Source of the DNA: Plasmodiophora brassicae | Lineage: Eukaryota | Direction of reading: 5' to 3' | DNA length: 64,000 nt | Assembly: GCA_036867785.1 (NCBI GenBank) | Contig: CP145411.1 | Span: forward strand, 930,001 to 994,000 | Shown here: positions 11,809-26,653 of the stretch, piece after piece | How positions within the stretch are numbered: position 1 is the stretch's first letter | Layout: the number at the start of each line of letters is the position of its first letter | The notes under the pieces: model-generated | Seen by the model: only the letters and a program-made list of their open reading frames with translations | Databases searched by the model: none | What the model was told of the DNA's origin: nothing | Program-made: the position numbers and the translations under genes

Positions 11809-14800
11809 TTATAAAGCTGGAACAGTTATTGTATTATGGTCGACCGGGGTTGCGTATGGCAAAGCAGGCGAGTCAGGCGTTCTCAGCTCGATGGAGCTGC
11901 GATTCTGTATGGCCTCGACAAGCTCGACGAAAGGCACCGCGTCCGGATCGTCTATGGTAGGAGGTTGACGGATGAGCCAGTCGCTGAGTTGGTGAATCCT
12001 GGGTGAATCGCCATCAATGGCCCAGAGAACGCTTCGAAGAGCAACAATGTATGCCGGGTTGGCAGACCGTTGGACAGCGTTCATTAAGACGTCGACGTCG
12101 GTGTCATAAAGAAACACAATGGCGGTATCCGGGTCACACGCAACGAGAGCTTGCAAGAGGTGGATCAGCCGAAGCGTCCGCTCGGGAAGATCAGCCAGCA
12201 GCCCAGGCATGTACGCGATGATGCTTGCGACGCTAGCAGTGAGCCACTGCATCGGACAACAAGACAGAAACTGGAGAACGAACGAAACAGCTGCGTCATC
12301 GCCAGCAGCCACCGCAACCATTGCAAGGGATACCCACGATACCCCTTCTTCGAAGTCGGTAAGTATGGCAGGGCACCGCGATAAAAGAGACGAAGCGAGC
12401 TCGAATCCGCCGCTTCGTACCGTGGTGCTCATGTGGCCAAGCGCAAGGTTGATCAGTGCCTTCAAACAAGTAAACGTAGCTGCGTTCACCGGGAGGCATG
12501 CCAGATGGGTTCGTAGAAGACTCAACGCAGACGAACATGTGGAGGCGCCTAAGAGCGACCACCTTGATAGGAGCTGACCAGGAATGTCCCACAGAACGGC
12601 AACGTGCCCTGGTTGGACGAGGGCATGATGTGGAAGGACCATGCGAAGCAGTTCCAGGTCCCTGATGTCATCCAGAGGGTTGCCCATACACACGAACCTC
12701 GACGCGTGACGCTCGAATTGCGATTTCGGGAACAAATGAGGGTGCGCAAGTGCGATCGTTGCTAACGTCCGGCAAAGCTGTTGGCGAAACGTCGCATGGG
12801 ATTCGGTTGTCAGGAGTTCGATGGCTGTCTCGAAAAACGATGAACAGGTTTCCGCAGAAACCGCAACGGATGGACGATCAAGGAGCCCCAGACTTAAACT
12901 GGCGAGTGATGCTCGTTCGTGCATATCCGCACTGACAACGATGGCTTTCTGGAGTGAGCGCAACACCTGCGATGTGCACGGCAAACTGATTGCATTGTCT
13001 AGCGTACAGAGAATTGCGATCTGAAGCCTGCCAAGTGAACCCCTGGGATCATCCTGCCATGTCCATCGCCAAAGGAGTTCACAGGATTGCATCCACTGCA
13101 ATACCTTCGTGCACATCATTGCGCAGACGTGCCCTGCAGCAATGTCTATCACAAGGACAGAGCGGACACTGTGTTCAGTCTCGACCAGGGCAATGACACG
13201 CAGAAGACAAAGCCAGAATACAGGTGAGCGTATGGGATTATTCTGCCGGCAAAGCTCATCAAGCGACAGGAGGATTGTCGTTGCGTCATGCTGCAATATG
13301 CACGTTTAGTGGACACCGAACGCAAGGGTCCTCTACGTACTCGTTCGAATCGAGTCATTTGGATGCGCCAAATGACGACTTGAATTGCCTCTAGGCACTG
13401 CGACACGTCCCGTGCTTGCAGAAGCCGCATGCATAACCCAGATACGTCAACTGAACGGACGGTCAGAGACGAAACGAATCGCATTGAAAGAGCGTCTCTT
13501 ACGCGTCCAGTCGCCGGATGACAGCATAACCGCATCGTGGTTCTCATCGTTGGTGACAAATGGGGGACACACTGCTAGTACTGAAACCGACACAAAGCGG
13601 CGTACATGTACGAGTTCACAGGCTGCAGACCTCGTGGACAGCACATCGCATGCCATATCGAACAATCCGTACATCCGGCAGGCAGCAGTGAGGTCAGATT
13701 GCGCAGGGGCTCTCTTGGCAATTACCAGAGCCAGAGCAAACGCTGAATCGATAGTCACGTTTTGGATGTCAGGTCTACGAAGGACATGGCCGATCGATTC
13801 TAAAGTGGTATCGTCGCCAAGGATGGTGCCGGCGTCAAACCCAGCGGTTATGATGTCAGCGAGGGCTGAGAAACAATTTTGGCAGATGTCCTACAAGACA
13901 GTTAGAAGCGGATTCGATAAAACAGGTTGAAGGTGACTGACTACATTGTTAAGCAACATTCGGCTGCACTGTCGCGAGCACTTCATGGCAAGGAGAAGAA
14001 GATTGTGGACGAGCGGAAGATATGCCACAGGCATAGCTGCACCAAAGTAAGACTGCCGTCGTGGACCTTCGTTCGCGTTCATTTCGACAAAAGCTTACCA
14101 CTAACCAGGCCATGGATGACGCGAGGCAGATGGAGGTATGTATGCGCAGAATCTTCTGTACCGTTACCTTGAAGTGAAACCTCGAGGAGGTCCAGAGTGC
14201 GCCCCCACAGCCGAGGGCACGTATTCAGTGCGATAACAAGGTCAGGCTTATGGTTAGCCGCCAGAATATTCAGCAGGTTTACGACCCGTGGGACAGCTGA
14301 CAGTGCACGACCATTCAGCATGCAAGCCGCATCAAGAACTGTCTCTAGCACTACGGCATAGTCAGTCAGGGTAGCGGATTGGTTGTATCGGGTACCATAA
14401 TCCAGATGATCTGGGAACCGACGATGAGGAGCAAGCGCGACGATTGCATCAATGACATGGGGAAACGCGTGCGACTGCGAGGTCTCAGTACGAAGGGAAT
14501 CCACCAAGCATTCCAGTGCACAGGCATCAGTCATATCCATAATGTCCGTCTCGTAATTCAGCACGAGTTGAGCGAGGCCATATACACATGTCTGCAATAA
14601 CGGTCATTTGGGAGCATGCGCTCAGTACAACACGATCCCAGGTACCTCGCAAAAGCCGCGACAGCGTATTGTATCGCATACCAGTCGACAGCATTTAGGA
14701 ATAACAGACCTTGTCCAGCGTGTCTGTTCGCGGCTTCTTTCTACGACAGAAAACATGAAGTGCACGAAAGATTCACGAAACCGGTCGTCAGCAACATCAG

Positions 14801-15625
14801 CCACAATGTCGAAAAGCTTTCCAGTGTCGAGCAAATAGTCAAACCGGTTTGAATGCAACGAGATACTGCAGAGGAGAAGCTCGGCCATGGCGACAGAGCA
14901 ACCAGCTTTGCTGCTGGCCAGTTCATCATATAGACCATCAAGAAACGCGAGCACCACCTCTGGGACGTCACATCCAGAATCAGCACCGACTTGCAGAGTA
15001 TAGACCAGCAGCGTGACGATTGCATCATTCTTGCTGGATAGTTCGTTAAAACGAGGTAGACTCATCGTCGATTGCATTATTTGATGCCAGATGGCCTGCA
15101 GGGCGTTCGATATACGGGCCGTGGGACAACGATCGACGAATAAGCGTAGCGCAGACAGAAAGAAATCAGTGGTTGTCGGGTCTACGTGACATAGTCCTAG
15201 GGATAACTTCATCACGTCGACAGGGTTTACAGCTCACATCAGTATCCCACCTTCCGTCAGCGCTACTAGAATGGCCTCGCAAGTATCCGAATGTTCCCAG
15301 AACGTTTCGAACAGATCCCCGTCGGCGAATATCTAAGCCGCGTGTGAGAAACTGATGTCACCTACCTAGGCTTGCCCATTTCCCGTTTTACATTGACGAT
15401 ATCCACCAGAAGTTTCGATTTGGCATCGCAGTCGACGGCGCTGTCCCGCGACCCCAGCTGCTGGATCGCGCAGTGAAGACAGACAGACCTTCGACCGCAC
15501 GACGACGCGAACACAAGCGGGACGACAGGACCGGACCCTGCTTCAGGGTGACCCAGCGCACTACGACCGCATGGCACCCCGTTCAAAGGCACGCTGCATT
15601 GCCTCGCACCCGTCGCCATCATCAT
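11809..15625 (-). CDS. Large multi-exon Leu/Cys-rich helical (ARM-like) protein, possibly MEI1/PRD1-like
   Basis: Chain of minus-strand ORFs (15362-15625, 14622-15215, 14079-14597, 13447-13758, 11809-13296) with short gaps consistent with introns. N-terminal VCLHCAIQQL..(D)..KSKLL motif. Total size ~1,150 aa. Confidence 0.6.
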
Positions 15626-15751
15626 CGCGACCCGACTATTCTTTGAAAAATGGACCCCACATGTGCAGCTCGACTGCACATGAGCGAAAGCACGGGTCGT
15701 CAGAATGGATTTAAGTAGATTATGAGGGGCAAGCCGGGATTCACCAGCTCG

Positions 15752-17755
15752 TTATATGGCGTCATTCAGAGCGGTCCTGATCTCATACGTAAGCACGGGG
15801 TGAAGCGTCTCGAAGGAGCCCGGGTTAGGCAGGTGGCGCATCTGCAACGATTTCGCCAGGTCCTGTACGTGCTTGAATTCCTCGGCAGCAGCCCGGGCCA
15901 AACGGAGCGTACAGCCGGGACCTTTCATGACCATGTTGACGTGACACTCGATCTTGATCCACAACGCCGCGTCCATGGCTTCGTCATCGCTGTCCATGTC
16001 ACAGCGGCACACATCGAACTGGCACATGTCGAGCAACTGGGCCGCATCTCGCTGTTTCGTCAAGCGCATAACCCGTTCCAGAGGCGTCTCAAGCACACTC
16101 AGCTGTTCATGGGCACCGGAATCGATGATGTCGTCCTTCGGCGGAGCCGTCGTCGGGAACTCGGCTGGCTTCATGAACATGCTTAGGAAAGACGCAAGAA
16201 GACCTTTCTCGGGTGACGTCCTAGTTGGATTCGACGTCGCGCTGGAAACCGGTTGGGAAGTGCCGCGCCTCACTTTGAAGACGAGCAGAACATGGTACGC
16301 TTCTCGAACGAGGCGGTGCCAGTGCAGGAACAGTTTGAAGAAATGTGTGTCGATCAAGAGGCCTTGAACCAGGTCGAATCTAGGTCGACCGTAGTACCTC
16401 GACATATGGGCCGAGATAAAACAAAGAGTCCTGATCAGAACCTGGGACAAGCGTGAGCGGCTTTGCAAGTGAGGCAGCATCTCAATAACTCCCACCTGGT
16501 AATCCTCGTCGGCAAGCAGAATAGACAGCGCTCGGCGAAGTTCATCAAAGCAAAATCCAGTTTGTGGAAACGGTAGGCAAGTACGCGGGTTGCCCAGCAG
16601 GGGGTCCTGCTTAGCCCAGCCTTCAATCAGCACGTCTAACGTGTCAAGGCACATGCCAATTTGCGCCCGGTCGTGAACTCGAGTCCCGTAGAGTGTCGCC
16701 CTGATACACAAGGCCAGCAGCTGGATCGGCTTCGCGAACGCAGAAACATGTGCACGATCATCGTTTCCGAGATGGATGAAGGCTAGAAACGCGCGGCGCA
16801 CCACGACGCCATATCTACAGACACGATCAATTAGAATCGACAATTCGTGCTGTAAACGAACAAAGACGGACGAGTCGATGAGATCATATCGAACTGGGTG
16901 CAGGCCAGTGAATATAAGCTGGAGTTGACGGAACAGGCCCGCAACGAACGACAGCGTGAACGAGTGGGGTCCCTTCTCAGCCAACTGTTTCAGGGATTGC
17001 ACAGCGGCACAGTCTGGGACGATGGGATCGGCATGTTGGACCTGACCTTGTCCTTCGGCAGTCAACGAACCCCATTCGTCAGGATGTTGAAGAAGATTAT
17101 ACCACTGCATAAAGCTGTCGCGAACGGCTGGCCGCGTTCGCAGTAGATCGTCCTCCAGTTCGGCCAGAAGCGCAGCGTTTGGTTCAGAGAGCGACGCCGG
17201 ATCCACATCGGCATACAGATCCAGCGCCTCCAATATTCCACATCGGGCGGCAGGCAGTCGCAAGTACAGGATTCCAGATATCCTCAGGCAGAAGGACGTT
17301 CTCGCCTTCGAATCGACAGGCTTCGTCACCTGCTGTTTAACGTAACCCCAAACGCGATGTAGCAGGTTGATATAGAGAGGGCGTAAGGGTTCAGCAAGCT
17401 TCACAGCAGACGGGTGAATGAACAGACGGAGCTCGCTGCGCTCCAGCGAACGTATCAGCAACGCGCCCAGAACGTCGCGTTTAACCCCAAACGACTTCTG
17501 GAGGATCTCCAGAACCAAGCTGGCCAGACGCAGGATCGCGTTGACGCCCGACACGAACTCGGCGTCGTTCCGGTACGAGAACGAATGCTTGTCGAACATC
17601 ACCTTCAGGTCCTCCAGCATCCGCAGCTGCATCGGCAGGGCCTGGCACGACTCGATGCCGGCGACGTGCCGCGCGAACGACCCGCTCCATGGCTCGACCA
17701 GCGTGCCCGGGTACAACGGGTCCTCAGCCGGACCCGCATACAGCCGCCCCGACAT
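15752..17755 (-). CDS. DUF1765-like conserved protein (probable in-frame intron near 16450-16495)
   Basis: Long ORF; motif FFKLFLHWHRLVREAYHVLLVFK resembles the DUF1765 F.HWspmVRayf..LL signature; also LYLRLP..R..IL. Confidence 0.55.
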   Translation of the reverse strand: MSGRLYAGPAEDPLYPGTLVEPWSGSFARHVAGIESCQALPMQLRMLEDLKVMFDKHSFSYRNDAEFVSGVNAILRLASLVLEILQKSFGVKRDVLGALLIRSLERSELRLFIHPSAVKLAEPLRPLYINLLHRVWGYVKQQVTKPVDSKARTSFCLRISGILYLRLPAARCGILEALDLYADVDPASLSEPNAALLAELEDDLLRTRPAVRDSFMQWYNLLQHPDEWGSLTAEGQGQVQHADPIVPDCAAVQSLKQLAEKGPHSFTLSFVAGLFRQLQLIFTGLHPVRYDLIDSSVFVRLQHELSILIDRVCRYGVVVRRAFLAFIHLGNDDRAHVSAFAKPIQLLALCIRATLYGTRVHDRAQIGMCLDTLDVLIEGWAKQDPLLGNPRTCLPFPQTGFCFDELRRALSILLADEDYQVGVIEMLPHLQSRSRLSQVLIRTLCFISAHMSRYYGRPRFDLVQGLLIDTHFFKLFLHWHRLVREAYHVLLVFKVRRGTSQPVSSATSNPTRTSPEKGLLASFLSMFMKPAEFPTTAPPKDDIIDSGAHEQLSVLETPLERVMRLTKQRDAAQLLDMCQFDVCRCDMDSDDEAMDAALWIKIECHVNMVMKGPGCTLRLARAAAEEFKHVQDLAKSLQMRHLPNPGSFETLHPVLTYEIRTALNDAI

Positions 17756-18097
17756 TCCGATTCGTCCGACCCGGGCCGCCCTCACCGCTCCATGGCCGCC
17801 GTCTCGAAAAATGCCATCGCCATCCACCCCCACACGTAACGAAAACGTACAGCTGGACGTTATCGCCAGGTCCACTCCGACCCATTGACTGCCTTCCAGA
17901 TTGCTGCGGGGCGTGTGCAGTCATGGAAGCGCCGAGCGCGGGGTACGCCCAGTACTGGGCCAGAGACCACAGTGCGAACTCGAAGGGGAGGCAGATATTT
18001 TGGCGGATGTAGGCATGACGTTTCGATCGCGATTCCCAAACGCTGGTATCTTGTGGGGCATTAGGTTCGGAGGTCATTGGCGAGCGGCGGCGACCGG

Positions 18098-21081
18098 ATG
18101 TCGGCGCCGGTGCCGCTGGCTGTCGACCAGCAGCAGGAGCGGGTTGCCACGAAGGTCTCGCCCTCGCATCGGAAGTGTGCGTGGGGCGAACCCTCCGGCA
18201 ACCGTAGGCGTCGGCTGACGCTGTTGCCAGATGATACGCTCGGTGAGGTCGAAGGTGCTGCGCTGGCGGCGACGCTGCCGCCCATGCGCCCCGTTGCAGA
18301 CGCGTTGAACGTGCTGAGCCCGTTCAGCGCGTCCCGAATGAAGCGCTTGCAGTCCCCGAATTCAGCCCAATTCACGGTCACCCCACCCATGGAGGCACGT
18401 CTTCATTACTTGCTCATCTGGTCGAGATCTAATACCACGCTGCAGGAGTCTCTATCGAAAGAGACCGCTTCGACAGCGTCGTTGTCGTCCTTGGTGGCGT
18501 TGTCACCGTCGGATGCGACTTTGCACCCAGAGGCCAATCGTCGCGAGAGCCTCGAGAAGCTGTCAGCGAACGAGCTCATGGATCGCGGCATGTTCCAGTT
18601 AGCGGCTGCTAAGTGTCGTGTCCTGCTCGAGGAAGATCCTGACAACGTCCGGGTCCGACGGCTGGCGAATTTATCAGCGTCAGAGCGCCCCTCTGTTGCC
18701 ATGGTAGCGATGTTCGCGCTCCTAACCCGTACACAGGTATATGTCCAACGACTACTGGGGACCCATCATACCGAAGATATGGTCGAGGTTCATGCGCACA
18801 GGTCGGATGCCTAGAAAAACTGTCTGGGTTCTGCATCTGAGCAGGATTGTCCACATTAGGCTCTACCGAAGTCACAGACGTTATCGATGCGGTTGCCGCT
18901 GACTTCATTGAACTGGTCGGCGGCGACGCCGCCGACTTGCTCAAGTCCGGTCTACCGCATGCCGCCCTTCACTGTCTGGACATTTGTGCCAGCCTGTCTG
19001 GCCGTCCACCGCTCGACTCCATTGGTGATAATTTGCTGAGCGGTCTCCTTGGTTGAACTGTTAGATGACCGGTGCCTGTTAACCTACAGGTGCCCCACTT
19101 GCCACGCTGTGCCTCTGCCGGTCCATCGATTTCGACGCTCGATTCTCGGAACTTGTTCAGTCGGTCACCCAAGCTATTGCCACCAGTCGCGAAACACACC
19201 TGGCTCCTCGCCGTTCCGCTGTGGTCGAGCGTATCGAAGCACTTCGCAAGACAATGGAACCGTCGGATTGTACCACGTTCGCGACAGACGACCCGTTGCA
19301 TCCTTCGTTACTGCGTCCGTCTGTCCGCAACTTGGTCGACCTGGCACGCTTGTTCAACCGGCCCAGCCCCGACAGCAGCGAGTTCGCCGACCTGTGCATG
19401 CAATTTGCCAGCGACGCCTCCAGAGACAGCGATCGCGATCAGCAGTACCTGGAACTGTGCACGACAGTGCAGCGTAATGCGAACACTCTCAACAAGTCGA
19501 CAACGATGGAGGAGCAGCGGCAGGCCATGAGCAAGTTCATCGCTGGGTGTGCCAACCTTCGCAAAGGGTCCATTACGGACGCGCACGCTCAGCTTGCCTA
19601 CGCATCCCAACGTTCGCCGAGCAACATCGCGTTCTACGCCAAGGCCATCGAGGCTCGCGCCGCCTGCGACGCGTTCGCAATCGCGTCGACGCTGCAGGCA
19701 ATGGCACAGACGCTTCCACCTCCGGAAGCCGTCTGGCTCCACGACCTCGCCGTCCGCGTCATCGACTGCAACGTCGCCGGCCTACCACCCGCCGCCATCT
19801 CTAAGGTTCGCCCGTATTGCGGAAGACACCACCCCGTACGTTGACACACGCTCGTAGGTCGGGGTTGACATCCATAACGCGCGGGACGCCTTCCTGGCAT
19901 CGTCGTCGTCGCAGCTATCGGCGGCCATGTTACGTCGGCAGGCGGAGGATGCCGTCGTGAAGTCGGAATGGGATTCCGCGGCGTCCGCGTACGCGCAGCT
20001 GGGCGCGGACGCTGACGCGCTGCGCCGCGCCGTCGTCGCGGTGCAGTCCGCGCTGGCCGAGCCGGACACCGAACCGAGCCGACTGCGCGCCATTGCGGCA
20101 CTCCGTGACCTGCACGACCTGCACCCGTCCGCGGCGTCGCTGGCGCAGCTGATCGGCCCGCTGACCAAACGGTACCTGTCGGGCCGGGTCTGGAGCGCGT
20201 TCCGCCGCCACGCGGTGGAGGAGCTGCGGGCGGGCGGGCAGACGGTCGTCGCGCTCACGCTCCTGCAGCAAGCGCAACGGCATGCGCAGAACAGCGACCT
20301 GGCGACGATCCTCGCCGAGTCGTCCGCATTGATCGAAGGGTGCCAATGCCGCCTGCAATGCGAGGCGATCGCAGCGCAGGCGACGGTCACCGCGTCGGCG
20401 GCGGCGACCGCTAGGGAACTCTGGGCGCGAGCCACCAAGCTGATCGGGGAGACACCAGGGGTCCCGAACCCGATCGACGTCCAGCGGTCGACCGACAGTC
20501 AACCGGCATCGACGGCGCCGGAAGACGACCCCATCGCGTCCGTGAAGACGCTGCTGGACTCGGCGAAGGCGGCCATAGGACGCGACCGGCTCGTCACTGC
20601 CAAGCGCATCGTGGAACGCGCCGCCCGCCTAGCTGGGAACTATCCCGAGGTTCGCCGTCTATCGCAGGAGGTCGACGCCCTCCTGCGGATCCGGGATCGT
20701 GCCCGACGTGAGTTCAGCTGTGCGATGGACGCCATGGCAGACTGCAGTTGGAGACAGGCGGTCAAGCGATTAACACGGGCGATGCAGCAGCGACCGTCGA
20801 ACCGCTACGGCATCCTTCTGGACAAGGCACAGGCCATGGCCAACGCGGAAGACACAGGCGATGCCGTCCGAGCCAAGATCGACGAGCTGATTCGCGATCG
20901 GCAATGGGCCGACGCCAGCGCCACGATTCGATCGCTGCACGCCATGCGGCCGACGGACGCCATCCTGGAGCGATTGCAGGCGCTGGCGGATGCAGGCCTG
21001 GAAGAAGCGGCCCACTCGTCACCGTTGCATACGCCGACCAGTACGGCTCCGAGCATCACCCAATTCCAGACAATGTCATAA
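18098..21081 (+). CDS. Multi-exon TPR-like helical repeat protein of unknown function
   Basis: Successive ORFs 18077-18814, 18847-19056, 19221-19844, 19927-21081 with GT...AG gaps. TPR-like units e.g. ELMDRGMFQLAAAKCRVLLEEDPDN, AMADCSWRQAVKRLTRAMQQRPSN. Confidence 0.6.
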
Positions 21082-21135
21082 GTAAACCATCTAGCGGTAC
21101 TTGCCAGATCGACAGACGTACCCATCGGCGTCGTC

Positions 21136-22194
21136 ATGGGCAAAGACCTGAAGGTCTGGGCGGACAACGGTGGGGGTTTCGGGCGTATTACGTGCAATGA
21201 GTCGCATGCTGACACGACGATAAGGTCTCACCGAGTTCAAGTTCGAAGACCTGAACCTGGCGGCATTCGTCGACGAGAAACAGTCGACCTGGTGGCGCCT
21301 GGCGAAGACGGTATTCCTGGTCCAGGTGCCAGTGCTCGCTGCGCTCGATGCCTGGGCGGTCAACTCCATGTTGAAAGACCAGTATCCACCGGCGATCATT
21401 GCCGTCTACACCGTGCTCTGCGTCCTAGACCTGCTCTTTATCATCCAGGCGCGCCGTCGCGGCTATGCCTTAGTCCAGACCCGTATGGACGCCGTCAAAC
21501 ACTTCGCGCCGCGTCTAACTATGGGACTACCTAGGGGTCGTCAGCGATTGCTTCACAGATTACCATGCGCGGGATCTGGCCAGCCAGGAGAACCTCGGCA
21601 CGTTCTGCCTGTTCGTCGCCGTCCACAAGCGCCTGCCGCGCGGCATCCGGGCGATGATCTACCTGCGCGAGGAGGTCCTCGCCTGGAAATCGCTGTTGAT
21701 CTGCCAGCTGCCCCAGCCGATCCTCGTGGCCGCCAAGCAGGTCCCAGGGCCCGCCCTGATCACCAAGATCGTCTACATCTGCGCCCGACTCTGCCTTGTG
21801 TTCATTCTGGTACATCCACCGTTTCATGCGACCCTCCCCTCCTCGATGGGTCACACCGCGTGCGTTCAGATCGTAGCGTACCCGTTCGTTCGGTGTGCGA
21901 TCGCAGGAATGACGCAGAGCCTGAACAGTAACGTAGCGCCCCGCTGCTCGTTGTTGCTATGCTGACGTGCTGGCCCCAGTGAACGTGTTCCAGTATTGCT
22001 CGTTCGAGTCGGATAAGGCGCTGAACAAGATCATCAAGGAGAAACTGCAAGCATGCGGGTTTGCCGGGCCTGCACCCGGCCCGACGCCTGTCGTCACCGT
22101 CCAGTACGCCATGCCGTTCCCGCAAGCGTCGTCGTACGCTGTCGTGGAGATGGTCCGCCCTAGTCAACAACCACCTCCGTACCCTGCTACATAG
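21136..22194 (+). CDS. Kch1/Prm6-like (fungal KCH family) potassium transporter-like membrane protein, multi-exon
   Basis: Spliced (intron 21170-21224) MGKDLKVWADNGLTEFKFEDLNLAAF; TM helices; ARRRGYALVQT..SDCFTDYHA..LAS......FCLF; WKSLLICQLPQPIL; YCSFESDKALNKII. Motif order follows the KCH family. Confidence 0.6.
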
Positions 22195-22244
22195 GCCGCG
22201 CTCGGTCTCTTTCCAATGAACCACTGCTCATTCGAGGACGTCTA

Positions 22245-24579
22245 TTACGCCACCTGATTGTATAGGTGGCGTAGGCCAGCGCGTTCCAGTCGGTTAAGGG
22301 CGTCGACCTGCACAGGTTGATCGCGAACGTACGTGGCCAGCACCGAACCGACCAGACCCGCCTCGAGAGCGGGCGCTGTCAGTAGCGACGCCATCTGACG
22401 AACGCATTGCGGGTCGTCGGCTTCCAGGACGTGCTTAACGACGCCGAGCATGGTGCCACCTGGGGATAACGTCGCCCGGACCACCGCGTTCGTCGCTGGG
22501 TCGCCCGCCGCCTTCCTGACGATCGCAACTGCTTTGTCGGCGTGTTCAGGGTCACATAGCTCCACAAGGACGTAGTCGAGGAGGTCGTGCATGATGACTG
22601 CCCATTGCTCGGCTTCCTCCAGTGGGAGCGCCGCGCGTTCGTCGCCGGCGGCCGCCACCAGCAGGTCCAGCTGGGCGCTGGTCACATTGTCGGCATGCCC
22701 GTTGACCAGGTCGTCGGCGATCTGTTTAACGATGGACAGCGGGTGCCACTCGAGGCTGGCAATGCGTTCCGACCCGTAGTAATGGCGAGGTCGTTGGGCG
22801 CCGTGCGCCACATCAACCAGGAACTGCCGAAGATCAGGGTCGTCATCGACGACGTTGAGCAGGTGTCGGCGTAGATCGGCATTGTCGCGTACGCCCCGTG
22901 CGATTGCACAGACGCCCAGCTGGAGCACCAACGGCGGCGTCATACCACCGGGCTCCAGAACGCACGACACGATCTGGACGCAGCGCTCACGAGCTGATAA
23001 CGCCGTCGCTGGCAGCTGCAGCAGCACCGCTGTGACGACGCGCACGACCTCAACCTGCGCATGTGTGTGTGGGGTCAACGACGCACGGTGAATGCCCGAC
23101 ACGCGAAGGTACCTGGACGCGCCACCAGGTGTCGCCGATGCAATCCGTGAACTGGTCGAGGAGAGCCGTCAGCGGTTCGCACCCGTGCTGGGCGAGCACG
23201 GTGCCGATCCTCAGTGCGTCAGCGCGCGTGTCCGGCGACGTGGACCGCAGGCCCATGACCAGGTAGTACAGGTACAAGTCCGTGCTGCGCGCAGTGAACC
23301 GTCGCTCCAGTGCGGCCAGTCGCGCCAGGCACGCGACGAACAGGTTCGTGGCGTCAGGCACGCCGCGCAACGCGTCGTGAACGAGCCGGGCGGCGTCCAC
23401 GTGCGCATCCGGCGTGTCCTGCGAGAACGCGAACACAAGCGGGACTAGGTCGAGGAACGTCGCCGGCGAGCGTTGAGCCGTCAGCGCCAGTGCCGGCAGG
23501 TAGTGATCTGTAAACAGGGCCCGGGTTCGGAACGGGTCAGCGACGACCATTCGTTGAGCGATCGCGGACAGAGCTCCCATGGACGCTGCGAAGCATGGGC
23601 GGCGACGATCGCGAGGTGTCAGTAACGGCGTCAGGTACGACAAAAGCACGTGCAACTGGGCCGGGCCACCAGCGTGCACAAGCGTCGCGATCGTGTCCGC
23701 GTCGTCGTGAATAGCATCGAGTAACGCGAACAATTCTTCGCCTTGGTGGTGGACGTCGCGCTCCACTATCGACGCCAGGCGCGGAAGGCCACGCGCGTCG
23801 GCCAGCTCGGCGATGTGCGCCGCGACGGTGACGGGTGCAGACGTGGACACTTTCGCCTGAGGGGCGCTTGGTCGTCGAGCTGGCGACCCGGGCGAATTCA
23901 CGACGTCGACGACCTGCTTGACGACGACTTGCTTGACGAATTGCGTCGCGGATGGCTTGGCCGATGAAGACGGGGAAGGAGACGCGTTCATCTCGAGTTG
24001 GCGCTGGGGAACACGTGCGATACGAGCTGGGGCGGTCGGGCTAGGGTGCCGCTCGAACCTGCCCGGGTTCGTGATTCGCTCCTGTCGTAGGGCGGTCTCG
24101 TGCGCGGCGATTGCCGCCATGGCTCGCGATTGCACTCCATCGATCGTGATCGGGTTCGTCGTAGAGATGACTTCCTTAACGGCGACGGATGCGGTCGTCC
24201 TGGCGAAGGCCGGCTTCAGGGCCTGCTCGTCAAGCGGCTCCGGCGTGGGCACCCGTTTCTGTGTCAGGAACGTGTAGACGATCTTCATGAGCTGGATGGA
24301 GGCGCCGGGTTCCGCAACGATGACGCGGTCGATCAGGGCACGGGTAATGGGGACCGAGGCGCGCCCGAAGAATCGTTCCAGGTGGTGCCAGTTGTCGGCC
24401 TTGCGCTTCTGAGAGAAGCTGTTGTCGAACGAGTGCATGGAGATGTCGGCCCGGTAGTACCGGGAGAAGATCTCGGCGACCAGGAACCCGTTGGACAGGT
24501 CGCGCCTCGGGTTCTTCACCGAATATGACAGGTCCAGGCTCTGCAGCCAGCGCAGGATGTCGCGAGGGAATCCCGACAT
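22245..24579 (-). CDS. SPATA4: SPATA4/SPEF1-like CH_2-domain protein with helical C-terminal extension, 2 exons
   Basis: MSGFPRDILRWLQSLDLSYSVKNPRRDLSNGFLVAEIFSRYY...HSFDN..S...K.DNW..LERFF; intron near 23055-23110. Confidence 0.85.
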
Positions 24580-25026
24580 GATGATGACCGACAATCGTCC
24601 TGGATCGTCACCGGGTACCTCGCACCGGATTTACGTATGTAGTACCGTAAATATACATCACCCTTCACAGTCACTCGCAGTCAGAGCTGCACCAGTTGTC
24701 TGATCCGCGCGCGCATCGGAGCTGCGCCCAATTGCTGGACTGCGCGTGTACCAGAGCCACTGGTGTCAGAGCTACACCTGTCATCTGACTGTGCGTGTCT
24801 CGAGCTGCACTTGCTGTCCGCCCGGTTTGGTTATCGGTAGAGCGAGCTGCACCGGTTGGGGCTCCAAATATAGCTGCGGTGGCCCGTGGCCCGTGGCCCG
24901 TGGGGGGCATGTGCCAGCCTGTGAACCACATTCGTGTTCGGTTGTGCGGATCCGGTCGGTGCGATGACGATGGGTGGTGGTGAGTCGGCGACGGCTGGCA
25001 AGGTACGGAGTGAGCGGGGTGTGTGA

Positions 25027-26577
<1,551 letters not shown>

Positions 26578-26653
26578 GCCTACGTCTGCATTCATGCACC
26601 CTCCTATTCTCGAATCGATACAAATCGTTGCCCCTCGCTTGTGCTTCTCCGGT

